Below are positions 14,488 through 25,693 of a stretch of 64,000 nt of DNA, one piece after another; the stretch's first letter is position 1, and each line of letters begins with the position of its first letter. Origin of the DNA: an uncultured Verrucomicrobiae bacterium (GTDB lineage: Bacteria; Verrucomicrobiota; Verrucomicrobiia; Chthoniobacterales; Chthoniobacteraceae); contig CAWHEP010000010.1 of the NCBI GenBank assembly GCA_963828525.1, positions 1 to 64,000 on the forward strand. Direction: 5' to 3'. The notes under the pieces are model-generated. The model worked only from the letters and a program-made list of their open reading frames with translations, was not told the DNA's origin and ran no database searches. Made by a program: the position numbers and the translations under genes.

Positions 14488-16420
14488 TCACTCAAAACCA
14501 ATGGATCCGAGGATCATTTGCAGCACGGCGAAATCAATAGGCTTGGTAAGATGGTACCTGAACCCTGCCTCGGTGCTGCGCCGCCGGTCTTCCTCCATCC
14601 CAAACCCGCTAAGCGCAATGCCGTGCATCTTCGGGTATTTGCCTCTGACTTCGGCCATTAACTCCAATCCGCTGCCGTCTGGGAGGCCAATATCGCTAAT
14701 GAGCAAATCGTATGAGCCCTCGGCGAAACTCGCGCGCGCGGTCTTAACGTCGCTCGCGCTTTTCACCTGGTGACTATGTCGCTGGAGAAGGCGCGAGAGA
14801 ATCCGGCGGGTGTCGTCGTGATCGTCCACAAGCAGAATTCGCAGACTCTTCTTAACCGCGGGGAGTGCCTGCGCGGAGCTTTGCCCTTCCCGGAGCCGGC
14901 GCCGCATGCGAGTCAGCGTTACTGTGAAGGTGGCCCCAAGGCCTTTCCCCCCGCTTTGAACCGTTACGGTGCCGCCCTGCATTTCCACAAGATTCCGTGT
15001 GATGGTCAATCCCAGCCCAAGGCCGCCGAATTGGCGTGTCACAGTCTGCTCGCCTTGCTCGAAGGCGTTAAAGATGCGCCCCGCAACTCCGGGTTCGATC
15101 CCGACCCCGGTGTCGGAAAATGATAGCGCGAGCTGCCCGGCTTGTTCATCAGAGGATCGAACATGAACTCGCCCCCCTTCCGGCGTAAACTTGACCGCAT
15201 TGTTAACAGAAGACTTGTCGCAGACGGGTCGGGTCGGCAAATGTCCAATGTTCTTCGGCCACAAGATCGCTCGTGACGACGAGTTTCTTGGCCGCGATGT
15301 CTTGCTGAAGAATATCGAAGGCGTCGCGAACCGCCGCGTGGGCATCCACAACCTCGCAGTGCAGCTCGATTTTATTTCGGGTAATGCGAGTGAGATCGAG
15401 GAGATCGTCGATGAGTTGCGCTTCCAGCAGCGCATTGCGACGAATCGACGCCAGTTCCTCGACCAACTCCTCACGCGTGACTGTATCGATGTTCTCGGTG
15501 AGAAAGTTTGCCCCGGAAATCACCGGTGTTAGTGGTGTGCGAAGCTCGTGGCTGAGCACCGCCAGAAAATCGTCCTTGGCCTGGCTGGCCTTCTCCGCGG
15601 CGAGCTTGGCCGCCTCTATCTCACGGGCGCGAATCTGCTCGGTAATATCTCGCGTGACTTTTGAAAAGCCCCGCAACTTCCCCTCGGAGTCATGCACCGC
15701 GGTGATGAGTACATCCGCGTGGAAGGTGGTGTTGTCTTTTCGAACGCGGAGGCCCTGATCGCGAGCGTGTCCCTTTTCCACCGCTTCGGCGAGCAATCGG
15801 GCGGGCTTCCCGCGGTTGCGATCCTCGGGGGTGTAGAACCGCTCGAAATGTTCACCCACAATTTCTTCCACGGTGTAGCCTTTCGCTTTCTGCGCCCCGG
15901 AGTTCCAGGTTGCGACATGTCCTGTCGCATCGAGCATGAAGATGGCGTATTCCTCCACCTGCTCGACGAGCAAGCGGAACTGCTCCTCGCTCTGGCGCAG
16001 CCGTTCCTCGGCGTGTTTTCGCTCGGTGAGATCGCGCGTGACTTTTCCGAACCCCCGCAATTTACCGGTGCCCGGATCGACAAGGGCGGTGATCACGACA
16101 TTCGCCCAAAAGCGGCTGCCATCTTTACGGATCCGCCAGCCCTCGTCTTCCACACGCTCATCAGTCACCGCCCGTTCCAGTTGCCGCTGTGGCTTCCTGG
16201 CCGCAACATCCTCCGGTGGATACAAGCGTGAAAGGGGGGAACCGATGATCTCTTCGGCTTCGTAGCCTTTGATGCGCCTTGCGCCCTCGTTCCAACTCAT
16301 GATGCAGCCCCCGGTGTCCAGAGTGAAGATCGCGTAGTCCTTCACGCTCTCGATGAGCAGCCGCAAACGTTCTTCGCTTTGCAGCGTTTCGACGCGCGCG
16401 GGGCGGTGTTCTTCGGTCAT
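14488..16420 (-). CDS. Hybrid kinase PAS-PAS-HisKA-HATPase-REC; one frameshift near 15205
   Basis: Two PAS domains (DYAIFTLD, EYAIFMLD); [51 protein letters not shown]. Confidence 0.92.
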
Positions 16421-16613
16421 GACGTTGGGCTATTGCGCTTCGATTTCCCGGTTTTTGGAAGCAGCGCGTCAGGAGTTACCTTCTTGACCAAATCCCCTTT
16501 CTTGATGGTCGATTGCTTAGCCAAAGCTAGCTTTGCAGGCGCTTTGGCGGGGTATCTCGCCTGCGATACTACTCTTTTCGCAGGGGGTTTCGCCTTTGTA
16601 AAGCTCGTTTCAT
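16417..16613 (-). CDS. Possible small Lys/Ala/Pro-rich protein (~65 aa; needs a 1-nt correction)
   Basis: Reads TKAKPPAKRVVSQARYPAKAPAKLALAKQSTIKKGDLVKKVTPDALLPKTGKSKRNSPTS*. Its stop overlaps the kinase ATG (ATGA). The ATG at 16613 is one base out of frame. Confidence 0.4.
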
Positions 16614-16855
16614 CGAGCTGTACAGAGGCCGTTGATTGCGCGATTTAAGAGGCATAGGGAGAAGTGAGGACGTTAGCTAATCGCATCGAACCCTGCGGAT
16701 GACCGGGTGAAAGCGCCGTCTCTGCCGAATTGAAAGGCCACTGAAACAGGGTTTGGGGAGTCGTCGTAAAACCAAGCCGTTCGTTTCTCACTCTCATGCA
16801 GATTAGTTCTTCCCGGGGCCATCTTTTGGAGGGATGAGCGCGGGCTGCAGCCGCG

Positions 16856-17065
16856 CTAACTTTTTTCCGCAGGCGGTATGGAAAACGTAAAGGTCGCGCC
16901 CATCCCTTGAACGCTCTCCGCGTTTACCGTGCCTCCGTGAGCTTCGACGATTTGTTTCACGATCGCCAGCCCAAGGCCGGTACCTTCCTTCTCCGGATCG
17001 GTCGCGAGCTTGTCAAAGACCTTCGCCAGCATTTCCAGCGGGATGCCGGCGCCAGCGTTCTGACA
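16856..17065 (-). pseudogene. C-terminal HATPase fragment of a histidine kinase
   Basis: NAGAGIPLEML.KVFD...[20 protein letters not shown]......GATFTFSIP, with no H-box upstream. Confidence 0.75.
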
Positions 17066-17366
17066 CGCGCGCCTACAGAAAAGGTTGCGCGGCGCAAGGC
17101 CAGCGAGGAACTCCACCAAACTAGCAAAGCACTGCGCATTGGAGAGCGCTACAAAGAGTCGAAGCAGACCCTGCGGGCCGCCAGCATGGTTACAGCGCGA
17201 GGACGATTGGCAATTGTGATCCTCGATGCATTGAACCTGGAGGTTTCTCCTTGCAGAGAAAGGCAGCGGTTGCGAAATCTCGATCTCCGCCGACGCGCAT
17301 CCTGGGTTCTTCTCCTTTCGCGTGATTCTCCCTGCGCTCCCTAGTTCTGCCCGAAAAATTCGTTTG

Positions 17367-18052
17367 ATGCGCTTCCTGAAAACTCTCGCGCTTCTCATCG
17401 CAACCCCGATTCTCGCGGGGCTCGGTGTCCGATCGGCGAGCGCCGCCTCAGGCGGGGACGTTCTGAGTTATCACTATGACGCGGCGAGTACCGGCCAGTA
17501 TCTGACTGAGCCGCTTCTCACCGCCACGAATGTCAATGCCGCCAACTTTGGGAAGCTATTCACCTACAGCGCGGATGGACAAGTCTACACGCAGCCGCTT
17601 TACAAAACGCGCGTTGCCATCACGACAGGCTCCTTTCAGGGCACCAGGAATGTCGTCTTCATCGCCACGGAAAGCGATAGTCTATACGCCTTTGACGCGG
17701 AAGGGAGCACCGGGAACACTCCACTCTGGAAGGACAGCTTCATCAACGCAGCGAACAACGTCACCACGGTCCCCTCTTCGGATTTAAACACTGGTGATTT
17801 AACTCCGCAAGTGGGATCGACGGGTCGAACTATCTGACTCTCACCTTCGTTCGTCCGCATCCCGCGCCAACAGATATAACTTACAATGTGGAAACCACCG
17901 TCACCTTGTCAGGAACTAGCTGGGCGCCTGGAGTAACCGTCAGCGGTTATCCAATACCCAACGGCGACGGCACTGAAACGGTGAAGGAGCGCAGTGCGCA
18001 GCCTGTTGCCAAGCCTAGCCAATTCATTCGTTTGCGAGTGACACGCCCATAG
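17367..18052 (+). pseudogene. Large secreted beta-propeller (PQQ-like) protein with its centre deleted
   Basis: Signal peptide followed by DVLSYHYDAASTGQYLTEPLLT..NV...NFGKLF...DGQVYTQPLY. At ~17820 it switches frame into YLTLTFVRP...ITYNVETT..LSGTSW...FIRLRVTRP*. Confidence 0.6.
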
Positions 18053-18055
18053 GCC

Positions 18056-18823
18056 TTACCCGATCGATGGCCGCACGTGGATCCCGTGGTTCGCGAGATG
18101 CCTCTTCACATCTGCCACAGTGTGCTGGCCGAAATGGAATATGCTCGCGGCCAGCACCGCGTCGGCTTTGCCCTCGGTCAACACCGCGACCATGTGCGCA
18201 AGGTTCCCCGCCCCCCCGCTCGCAATGACCGGGATGCCCACCGACTGGCTGACGGCTGCATTTAACGGAAGATCGTATCCGCCCTGGGTGCCATCGGCAT
18301 CCATACTCGTTAGCAGCAATTCTCCCGCGCCGAGTCTCTCGACCTCGCGAGCCCACTGCACGGCATCCAGCGCGGTCGCGTTGCGCCCCCCATGGGTATA
18401 AACCGTCCAGCCCCCCGCGGCATTGCGTTTGGCGTCGATGGCCACCACTACGCATTGCGAGCCAAAAGCAGTGGCGGCTTGTGAAATCAATGCCGGATTT
18501 CCGATGGCGGCTGTATTCAGACTCACCTTGTCCGCCCCCGCGTTCAGCATCGCGCGCACATCGGACACAGCGCGGATCCCTCCGCCCACCGTGAGCGGCA
18601 TAAAGCAATGTTCCGCAGTGCGGGCGACTACATCGACCATGGTGGAGCGGTTATCCGACGAGGCGGTGATGTCCAGGAACACGAGTTCATCCGCGCCTTG
18701 GTCGTTATACGCAATGGCGCACTCCACCGGATCGCCCGCGTCCCGCAGGTTTAGAAACTTCGTTCCTTTGACGACGCGCCCGTTCGTCACGTCCAGGCAG
18801 GGAATGATGCGTTTCGTCAACAT
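18056..18823 (-). CDS. hisF: Imidazole glycerol phosphate synthase cyclase subunit
   Basis: [54 protein letters not shown]. Confidence 0.98.
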   Translation of the reverse strand: MLTKRIIPCLDVTNGRVVKGTKFLNLRDAGDPVECAIAYNDQGADELVFLDITASSDNRSTMVDVVARTAEHCFMPLTVGGGIRAVSDVRAMLNAGADKVSLNTAAIGNPALISQAATAFGSQCVVVAIDAKRNAAGGWTVYTHGGRNATALDAVQWAREVERLGAGELLLTSMDADGTQGGYDLPLNAAVSQSVGIPVIASGGAGNLAHMVAVLTEGKADAVLAASIFHFGQHTVADVKRHLANHGIHVRPSIG

Positions 18824-18913
18824 ACGTGGGGTTTTTGGAGGTTATCTTGTACGTAAAACGGCCCTTCAGAACATAAATCGGTAAAAAAATATTTTAAAAC
18901 TTGTAAAAAGTCG

Positions 18914-18942
18914 TTGCCTTATTACTTGCGAATCCCTATTCT
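18914..18942 (+). promoter_or_regulatory. Sigma70-type promoter for the DUF4912 gene
   Basis: TTGCCT-17 nt-TATTCT, preceded by an AT-rich UP-like tract. Confidence 0.55.
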
Positions 18943-18980
18943 CGCGCCGCTTTGGCCAGGACAGCCAGGGATTTACACTT

Positions 18981-20229
18981 ATGAGCAACCAAGATTCAGG
19001 GAAAACAGAGACAAAGGGAACGAATGGCACTCTTGAGCAGGCGAATACATCCTTTCAGGTGTCCAAAGACCCGGTAATGCGCCCAAAAACCGAAGGTGAC
19101 GTCCACAAATATGAGACGACGTCGAGTTCTCCTCCCGAACCGGAGCCCTTGTACCGAGCAACTTGGCGAACTACCTCGCACCTATGGGGAAAAGACCCTC
19201 TATCTCATCGCGCGGGATCCGCATTGGCTGTTTACATACTGGGATTTCGATTGGTCTGAGTTTCCGGGCTCCTTGATGCTGAATGGGGAGTCGAAGTTTT
19301 TCCTCAATGTACGCTGCGGCGCGGATGAAACTCGTATCCAGATAAATCCCGAAGCGCGGAACTGGTATGTGGCGGCCGACAAGGCTGGCGCATCCTACGT
19401 GGCAGAGATTGGCTACCTGACCGCGGATGGTTCGTGGCAGACGATTGTCGCGTCCAACGAGACTTCGACCCCCTCTGATGTATTCTCGGAAATCGCAACC
19501 ACCGAGTTCGCGACGGTGCCGTTTCATCTCAACTTCCAGCGGCTGGTCGAGATGGTAAAGGCAACCATGGCTACCGGCGAAAGCCTGATCGAGGCGCTCT
19601 CCAAACTACAGGGAGAAGGTCGCCGCTCCGCGTCCGATCTAAACGATGAGCAGCGCGGCGTCCTTGGGGCGCTCGTGGGCGAGGATCTTGCCAGCAGGAT
19701 TGGCATGGGTTCGGCAGAGATCGACCAGTTGCTGCGCAAGCATCTTGAGGAAACCGTCAGTTCCGGCAGCGCTATTGCCGAGAAGGGGCGGCTCATGGAG
19801 TTGCTCCTCCAGTCGGAAAGCAGCTGGGGCGGCGGTGAGAGCAGCCTCTTCGGCGCGAGCTGGGGCGCTGCGGCAGGGTGGAGCGGCTCCGTAGGTTCAA
19901 GCTGGAGCGCTCAACCATTCGGCGCTTCCGCGGAGCGGCAGTTCTTCATGCACGTAAATGCCGAGGTCATTTTTTACGGGGGAACCCATCCTGACGCGAC
20001 TGTCTGGATCGATGGCAAGCAGGTCCCGCTGCAACCGGACGGCACCTTCCGTTACCATTTCAAGTTCCCGGATGGAAACTACCAAATCCCTATCGTAGCC
20101 CAATCTCCCGATAAGGTTGAGCAGCGTTCAGCGACTCTGTCGCTGGACCGCGATACGACGCGACAGGGCGACGTAGGGCATACCGCGCAACCGGGCGGCC
20201 TGGAAAAACCCCTGGGCCAGAGACGCTAA
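18981..20229 (+). CDS. DUF4912 domain protein; one frameshift near 19155
   Basis: ELPRTYGEKTLYLIARDPHWLFTYWD; C-terminal FFMHVNAEVIFYGGTHPDA...DGTFRYHFKFPDG. Confidence 0.8.
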
Positions 20230-20250
20230 AGCGGCGGCCCATCTCGTTTC

Positions 20251-21153
20251 ATGGCGTCGGTCTCGAGCCGAAAAGATCGGCTTGCCGACGCCTTTCTCAA
20301 ATACCTCGATGTTGAGCGGAATGTCTCACCGCGCACGTTGATAGCATACCGGCGCGCGCTGAAGACCTTCAAGGCAGCCCCTGGTACGCCGGATTGGCTG
20401 GATTGTAGCGCCAGCCACTTTCGCAATTTTCTGTTCACCTGCATGAAGGAAAAGAAAGCGCGCGCTTACATCCGTCTCATGTTTGCCGCTCTACGAACCT
20501 TCTTTCGATTCCTTGTGGAGAGACATGGACTCCAGGTAAATCCGCTCGTCGAGGTTCAACTTCCCAAGATCGAGAAAAAGCTTCCATTGGTTTTGACGCT
20601 GAAGCAAATGGATGAACTACTGGCCGCGCCTCTCAAGGCGAAGCGCGAGAAACAGGCGCCAAACTGGGTCGCCGCCCGCGACGTCGCGATCATGGAACTC
20701 TTCTATAGTGGCGGGCTTCGACTCCAGGAATTAGTGGATCTGGACGTCTCAAGCATCGATCCCTATTCAGAGACCGTCCGTGTGTTCGGAAAAGGCCGCA
20801 AGGAACGGGTATGTCCCGTCGGCGCGCCCGCGCTGGAGGCTATCCAGCGTTATCGCCACGGCGCAAAAGTGGTGTCCGGTCCGCTGTTCGTAAGCAAGCT
20901 GCGCCGAAGGCTTTCTCCCCGGTCGGTCTGGCTGCTCCTGAAAAAATATCAGCGCCATACCAGCATTCCGATCTCATTAAGTCCCCACAAGCTCAGGCAC
21001 AGCTTTGCGACGCACCTGCTGGATAACGGTGCCGATCTACGGAGCGTTCAATCCCTGCTGGGGCATGCCAGCCTTTCAACCACGCAGATCTACACACACG
21101 TCACCACGGAGCGTTTGAAGAAAGTGTACGACGAGGCGCATCCCAGAGCGTAG
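20251..21153 (+). CDS. xerC: Tyrosine recombinase XerC/XerD
   Basis: 300 aa with GGLRLQE, GKGRKER, SPHKLRHSFATHLL, LGHASLSTTQIYTH. XerC versus XerD is not certain. Confidence 0.85.
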   Translation: MASVSSRKDRLADAFLKYLDVERNVSPRTLIAYRRALKTFKAAPGTPDWLDCSASHFRNFLFTCMKEKKARAYIRLMFAALRTFFRFLVERHGLQVNPLVEVQLPKIEKKLPLVLTLKQMDELLAAPLKAKREKQAPNWVAARDVAIMELFYSGGLRLQELVDLDVSSIDPYSETVRVFGKGRKERVCPVGAPALEAIQRYRHGAKVVSGPLFVSKLRRRLSPRSVWLLLKKYQRHTSIPISLSPHKLRHSFATHLLDNGADLRSVQSLLGHASLSTTQIYTHVTTERLKKVYDEAHPRA

Positions 21154-21184
21154 CGCCAGAAGTTCCGCCCTCTGGCGTGTTTTG
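21154..21184 (+). terminator. Probable intrinsic terminator
   Basis: CGCCAGA..TCTGGCG stem followed by TGTTTTT, directly after the stop codon. Confidence 0.5.
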
Positions 21185-21304
21185 AGCAAGATGGCTCCTT
21201 TTTCGCAAGAATCCGGCTTGCAGCGCCATCAATTTCTTAAACCGCGCCCGCCCGTCGGGGAATGTTCTTCTACAAACAACTGAATTTGACCTACCGCGCG
21301 TCGC

Positions 21305-21322
21305 TTGGCACGCCGGATGCTT
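21305..21322 (+). promoter_or_regulatory. Sigma54 (-24/-12) promoter upstream of the P-II gene
   Basis: TTGGCACGCCGGATGCTT: GG at 21307-8 and GC at 21319-20, 10 nt apart. Confidence 0.6.
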
Positions 21323-21559
21323 GCCAGCGAGCAAGAATTCCTGCCGCGTCTGGGCAGGTCAAAACACGACCCCAAAATGCGACGTCTTGCTTGGAATCGA
21401 CCGGCTCCAGTATCTGGGAATGCTTTGGGCGTTATCGTGTCGAAAGCTAAAAAGTTCGGAGCGTGTCAACAGCCTTCCCCGTCACGCAATACACTTGCGC
21501 AGCGCCGGTGGCGTTCGAGCACCCCGCCGTTTACCGGTTTGGGCGGGTGGGCCCGGTGA

Positions 21560-21910
<351 letters not shown>

Positions 21911-21982
21911 TTGAGAGATTAAAGAGCAGTCTTCCTGCTTTTTTGTTGTGTCCCCCCACGCGAACTGGTAACTCCGTGGCTT

Positions 21983-22276
21983 ATGCCCGTAACGAAAATG
22001 ACCAAGACCCAGCTTCAAACAGAACTTGCTGAAGCGACGGAAACCACCAAGAGAGTTGCAACCCTGTTCCTGGAATCGCTGACCGCGATTTGCTATCGCG
22101 AGACAAAAAAGAAGGGCGAATTCGTCCTGCCCGGGATCGGCAAGCTCGTGAAGCAGAAGCGCAAAGCGCGCAAGGGAAGAAACCCGGCGACCGGCGCGGC
22201 GATCAAAATCCCCGCCAAGACCGTGATCAAATTCCGGGTGGGGAAAGCCGCCAAGGACGCGGTTCTCGGTAAGTAG
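21983..22276 (+). CDS. HU-family DNA-binding protein
   Basis: LPGIGKL....RKARKGRNPATGAAIKIPAK.VIKFR.GK. Confidence 0.93.
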   Translation: MPVTKMTKTQLQTELAEATETTKRVATLFLESLTAICYRETKKKGEFVLPGIGKLVKQKRKARKGRNPATGAAIKIPAKTVIKFRVGKAAKDAVLGK

Positions 22277-22527
22277 GAAGCCACTCCGTCTCCTTCTTTC
22301 GCCGTTGGTGCCTTTCGGTGTTGCTACGTGACCTCGCCGCACGCTCCCGCGCGGACTTGCAAACTCTAGAATCGATGCTAGGCTGCAGTGTCAGTAAAGG
22401 GCTCGATTGGGCAGGTTGCTGAGAGCTGCTAGCTCTCAGTGATCACAAGAAATTACGGCTCGCGTCTGTCGGTTCGGAAGAGCCGGCGTAATGCTGGCTT
22501 GCGCAGAGAAGTCTACCAAATAAGTAA

Positions 22528-22746
22528 ATGGCAGTAGAAAAAACAATAGACGTCGAAGGCAGGATTGTCGCGGTCCTCGCGGGCACAATGTTCCGCGTTG
22601 AACTCGACAACCAGCACCAGGTCCTCGCCCATATTTCCGGGAAGATGCGCAAGCGTTTCATCCGGCTGACTAACGGGGATCGTGTGAAACTGGAGATGTC
22701 CCCCTACGATCTCGACAAGGCGCGGATCGTTTACCGTCTGCAATAA
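22528..22746 (+). CDS. infA: Translation initiation factor IF-1
   Basis: 72 aa; [44 protein letters not shown]. Confidence 0.97.
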   Translation: MAVEKTIDVEGRIVAVLAGTMFRVELDNQHQVLAHISGKMRKRFIRLTNGDRVKLEMSPYDLDKARIVYRLQ

Positions 22747-22809
22747 CGGCGCTGGCGGTATGCTGGACGTTCTCTTCCTCCGGGGGCGGATTGCGCCCGG
22801 GGGGTTATA

Positions 22810-23770
22810 GTCGCCTCGCAGACTTCATACCTCCTCGTCTCTGCCGCCGTCGCGCCGGTCTTCGGCGTTATCTCAGCCGGGTTCCTCAGCAGGAAAATCG
22901 GTCTGCTGACCAAAGAGGCGGATCGGAGCCTGTTGCGTGTCGTCGTCAACGTCCTCTACCCATGCTTGATATTCGACTCCATCCTGGGCAATCCATCGCT
23001 GGATAAAGCGGGGAATCTGCTGCTCGCGCCCCTGGTGGGCTTTTTCACCATCGTTCTCGGGCTTCTGGTCGCGTGGGGAGCCGGGCTAAGCCTTCCTGGC
23101 GTAAACTCGAAACAGGCGCGGACGTTTGCTTTCGCGACGGGCCTCTATAACTACAGCTACATCCCTGTGCCCATTGTCGCGTCGATCTTTGACCGGGCGA
23201 CGATGGGGGTGCTGTTTGTGCATAATCTCGGCGTCGAAATCGCCTTCTGGACGGCTGGCATTGTTATTCTGTCTGCCGCGCGCCCGAGCACCGCGTGGAC
23301 TGGCCTCGCTGAACGCCCCGGTAGGCGCGATTATCGCGTCTGTCGCGTTGAACGCGCTCGCCGCCAAGTCATGGCTTCCTGGCGTGATCCTATCGGCTAT
23401 CCACATGATCGGGCAGAGTGCCGTCCCGGTAGGCTTGTTGCTGACAGGAGCCACTCTTGCAGACGTTATGGCGCCTGGAATTTTGCGCAGGGGCTTGCCA
23501 GTGGCTGCCGCCAGTTGTGTCGTGCGACTGGCTCTTCTGCCCATCGGGTTCTTGCTCCTCGCCAGATACTTGCCCTGCTCGGTCGAGTTAAAGCGGGTTA
23601 TAGTGATCCAGGCCGCGATGCCCGCAGCCATGTTGCCCATAGTGATCACCAGACACTACGGAGGCGACGCGGACACCGCCGTTCAGATTGTCTTCTGCAC
23701 AACCCTTGTCGGCTTGCTCACCATACCCTTGTGGATTCGGGCCGGGTTGCCGTTCGCCGGGTTAAACTGA
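22810..23770 (+). CDS. AEC (auxin efflux carrier) family transporter; frameshifted; start uncertain
   Basis: VAPVFGVISAG, LYPCLIF, NYSYIPVPI, LNAPVGA, QAAMPAA; multi-TM hydrophobic pattern. Confidence 0.8.
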
Positions 23771-24016
23771 TCCGTCCGTGATCTTCTTGATCAAGGCATC
23801 CACGACGAGCAAATCCTCGTACGGCGCGCGCCGTCGCTGGTATTTCCGGAAAAGGATATCCCGCAGCTCCGTGAGATCGGTTAGCGCCGGAACTTCGTGG
23901 TAGGTCCAGTGGTCCTGCCCCCGCAGTTTGGACTGCAAGCGAAAAGCTTTGCCGAATTTTACGGCGCGTATCTCACGCTGCCCTTCCGGTGTTTTTTCTT
24001 TCCAGACGTGTGTCAC
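23762..24016 (-). CDS. Small hypothetical protein (84 aa)
   Basis: GTG start overlaps the upstream stop (GTGA). Reads HVWKEKTPEGQREIRAVKFG..FRLQSK...WTYH...FRKYQRRR. Confidence 0.65.
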   Translation of the reverse strand: MTHVWKEKTPEGQREIRAVKFGKAFRLQSKLRGQDHWTYHEVPALTDLTELRDILFRKYQRRRAPYEDLLVVDALIKKITDGSV

Positions 24017-24945
24017 GTAAACCGCCTCCCAGCCTTTCCATATTCCAGCGCCCACATAACCGCAACCCCTGTTCCCAAGATAAGAGCCATAGGGCATATC
24101 CCGGTAAGGATGTCCCGCCCAACCCATGGGCTTGTATCGATGGGCGAATGTTTCGCGATGAGTTCGATGCCATACCTTCCGAGCACCCACCCGGCATGAA
24201 GCCCGATCGGCATCCAAAGTGAGCGCGTTCGCCAGCGAGCGTAACCCAGGATTAATCCGACGACCGCAAGAGTCAGGAATCCGCCAATCACAAGGCCGGG
24301 GGTTTCGAATTGCCAGAGCGCAGCGGGCAGAGCCGCGAATCCCGACGTCCAGCCGATGCTCCCCACAGCGTCCAACTCGCGTGGCGGCTTCACGAAATGC
24401 GCCGTCGCGAAAAGCAAGGCGACAAAGATGATCCCGTGATCGCGGGGCTTGGAGCGCTGGATCACGCCTTGAAGGAAGCCGCGGAATAAACCTTCTTCAA
24501 GGAGGGATACAGTCGCGGCTGTCATCACAAGAGCGGTAAATTTTGATGCCAGGGGAGCAGGCTTAAGCTCATACCAATGTGAATAGACAAGCAGAATCGC
24601 CAGCGCGCACATCGGGAGAAAAGACATCCCGACGCCAAGCAGGCACATCCATCCAGCCCTTGGGCTACCCTCCAGATCCAAATCCCGCCTCGCGCCCAGG
24701 CGGAGGGATCTCGCGAAAGGCCATAGCAGGCCAACGGCGCAAAGTAAAACCGCCCGGTCAAAGACCCTATGAAACTCGACTTGCGAAAGGAAAGGCACCC
24801 CGCATTCCCGACCCGCCCATCGGCATCCCCAGAAGAGTTCCGGCGCGATCAGAGCGCCGAGGAACACCGCCGTAAGAGGAAAGCGAGAACTTTGCCGATG
24901 TCTTTCAAGAGAGAGCAATGGTAGTCTGACACGCCATGCCGCCAA
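24013..24945 (-). CDS. CPBP (Abi/CAAX) intramembrane metalloprotease
   Basis: EEGLFRG, FATAHF, SLWMPIGLHAGWV. Confidence 0.88.
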   Translation of the reverse strand: MAAWRVRLPLLSLERHRQSSRFPLTAVFLGALIAPELFWGCRWAGRECGVPFLSQVEFHRVFDRAVLLCAVGLLWPFARSLRLGARRDLDLEGSPRAGWMCLLGVGMSFLPMCALAILLVYSHWYELKPAPLASKFTALVMTAATVSLLEEGLFRGFLQGVIQRSKPRDHGIIFVALLFATAHFVKPPRELDAVGSIGWTSGFAALPAALWQFETPGLVIGGFLTLAVVGLILGYARWRTRSLWMPIGLHAGWVLGRYGIELIAKHSPIDTSPWVGRDILTGICPMALILGTGVAVMWALEYGKAGRRFT

Positions 24946-24962
24946 ACTAATACCGCACCCAG

Positions 24963-25685
24963 ATGCTCACTCTTTCTGAGCAGTCCGTCTGTGCGGCAGG
25001 CTCCCTTTTCTATCCCCCTCACTGCCTGAATTGCGGTCTAGCGACTCGGAAGAGGAGAGCCTGTGCGAAGAATGCCAGAGGAGCGTGCGCCGATCACGCG
25101 CCTTTTTGCGCGGTATGCTCGCAGCCATTCGAGGGGATGATCGCAAGTGAATTCGCATGTTCGAACTGCGAGCGCGGGCCTCTGCTTCTCCTGCTCCGTC
25201 AGCGCCTATCGGAGCAAGGGGCATTGTTCGCGAACTCGTTCACCGGTTTAAATACGACAAGGAGACCCACCTCCGGAGGCAGCTGGCGGCTTGGCTTGCC
25301 GAGTCGCTGCTGGACGCGCGCATCCAGTGAGCAGCCATTCGAACTTCTGGTGCCGGTGCCGCTCCACCCGCCCGCGACAGCGCAAACGCCAGTTCAACCA
25401 GGCGGAGGTGCTGGCGCGCTCGGTGGCGAAACGGCACGGCGCCCTGTTCTGAATGCGCTCCGCAGGGTCCGCAAACGGAAAGCCAGACGCGACTGGATCG
25501 GCGGGAACGCATGGAAAACTTGCGCAACGCCTTCGAACTGCGCAAGAATGTGGATAGTGAGCGGCAGGCATCTTATTTTCGTCGATGACGTTTTTACCAC
25601 GGGATCCACCATCGAGGAGTGCGCTAGGGTATTAAAAGGTGCCGGCGCTTCCTCCGTAAGAGCCATCACCGTAGCTCGCGGCTAG
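24963..25685 (+). CDS. comF: ComF family protein, frameshifted
   Basis: FYPPHCLNC zinc ribbons, [27 protein letters not shown]. Confidence 0.85.
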   Translation: MLTLSEQSVCAAGSLFYPPHCLNCGLATRKRRACAKNARGACADHAPFCAVCSQPFEGMIASEFACSNCERGPLLLLLRQRLSEQGALFANSFTGLNTTRRPTSGGSWRLGLPSRCWTRASSEQPFELLVPVPLHPPATAQTPVQPGGGAGALGGETARRPVLNALRRVRKRKARRDWIGGNAWKTCATPSNCARMWIVSGRHLIFVDDVFTTGSTIEECARVLKGAGASSVRAITVARG

Positions 25686-25693
25686 TTTCACTC

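Noticed and set aside
20251..21153. Tyrosine recombinase as a prophage or island integrase
   Set aside because: Size and motifs fit chromosomal XerC/D, the context is housekeeping, and no att repeats, tRNA or phage genes were seen.
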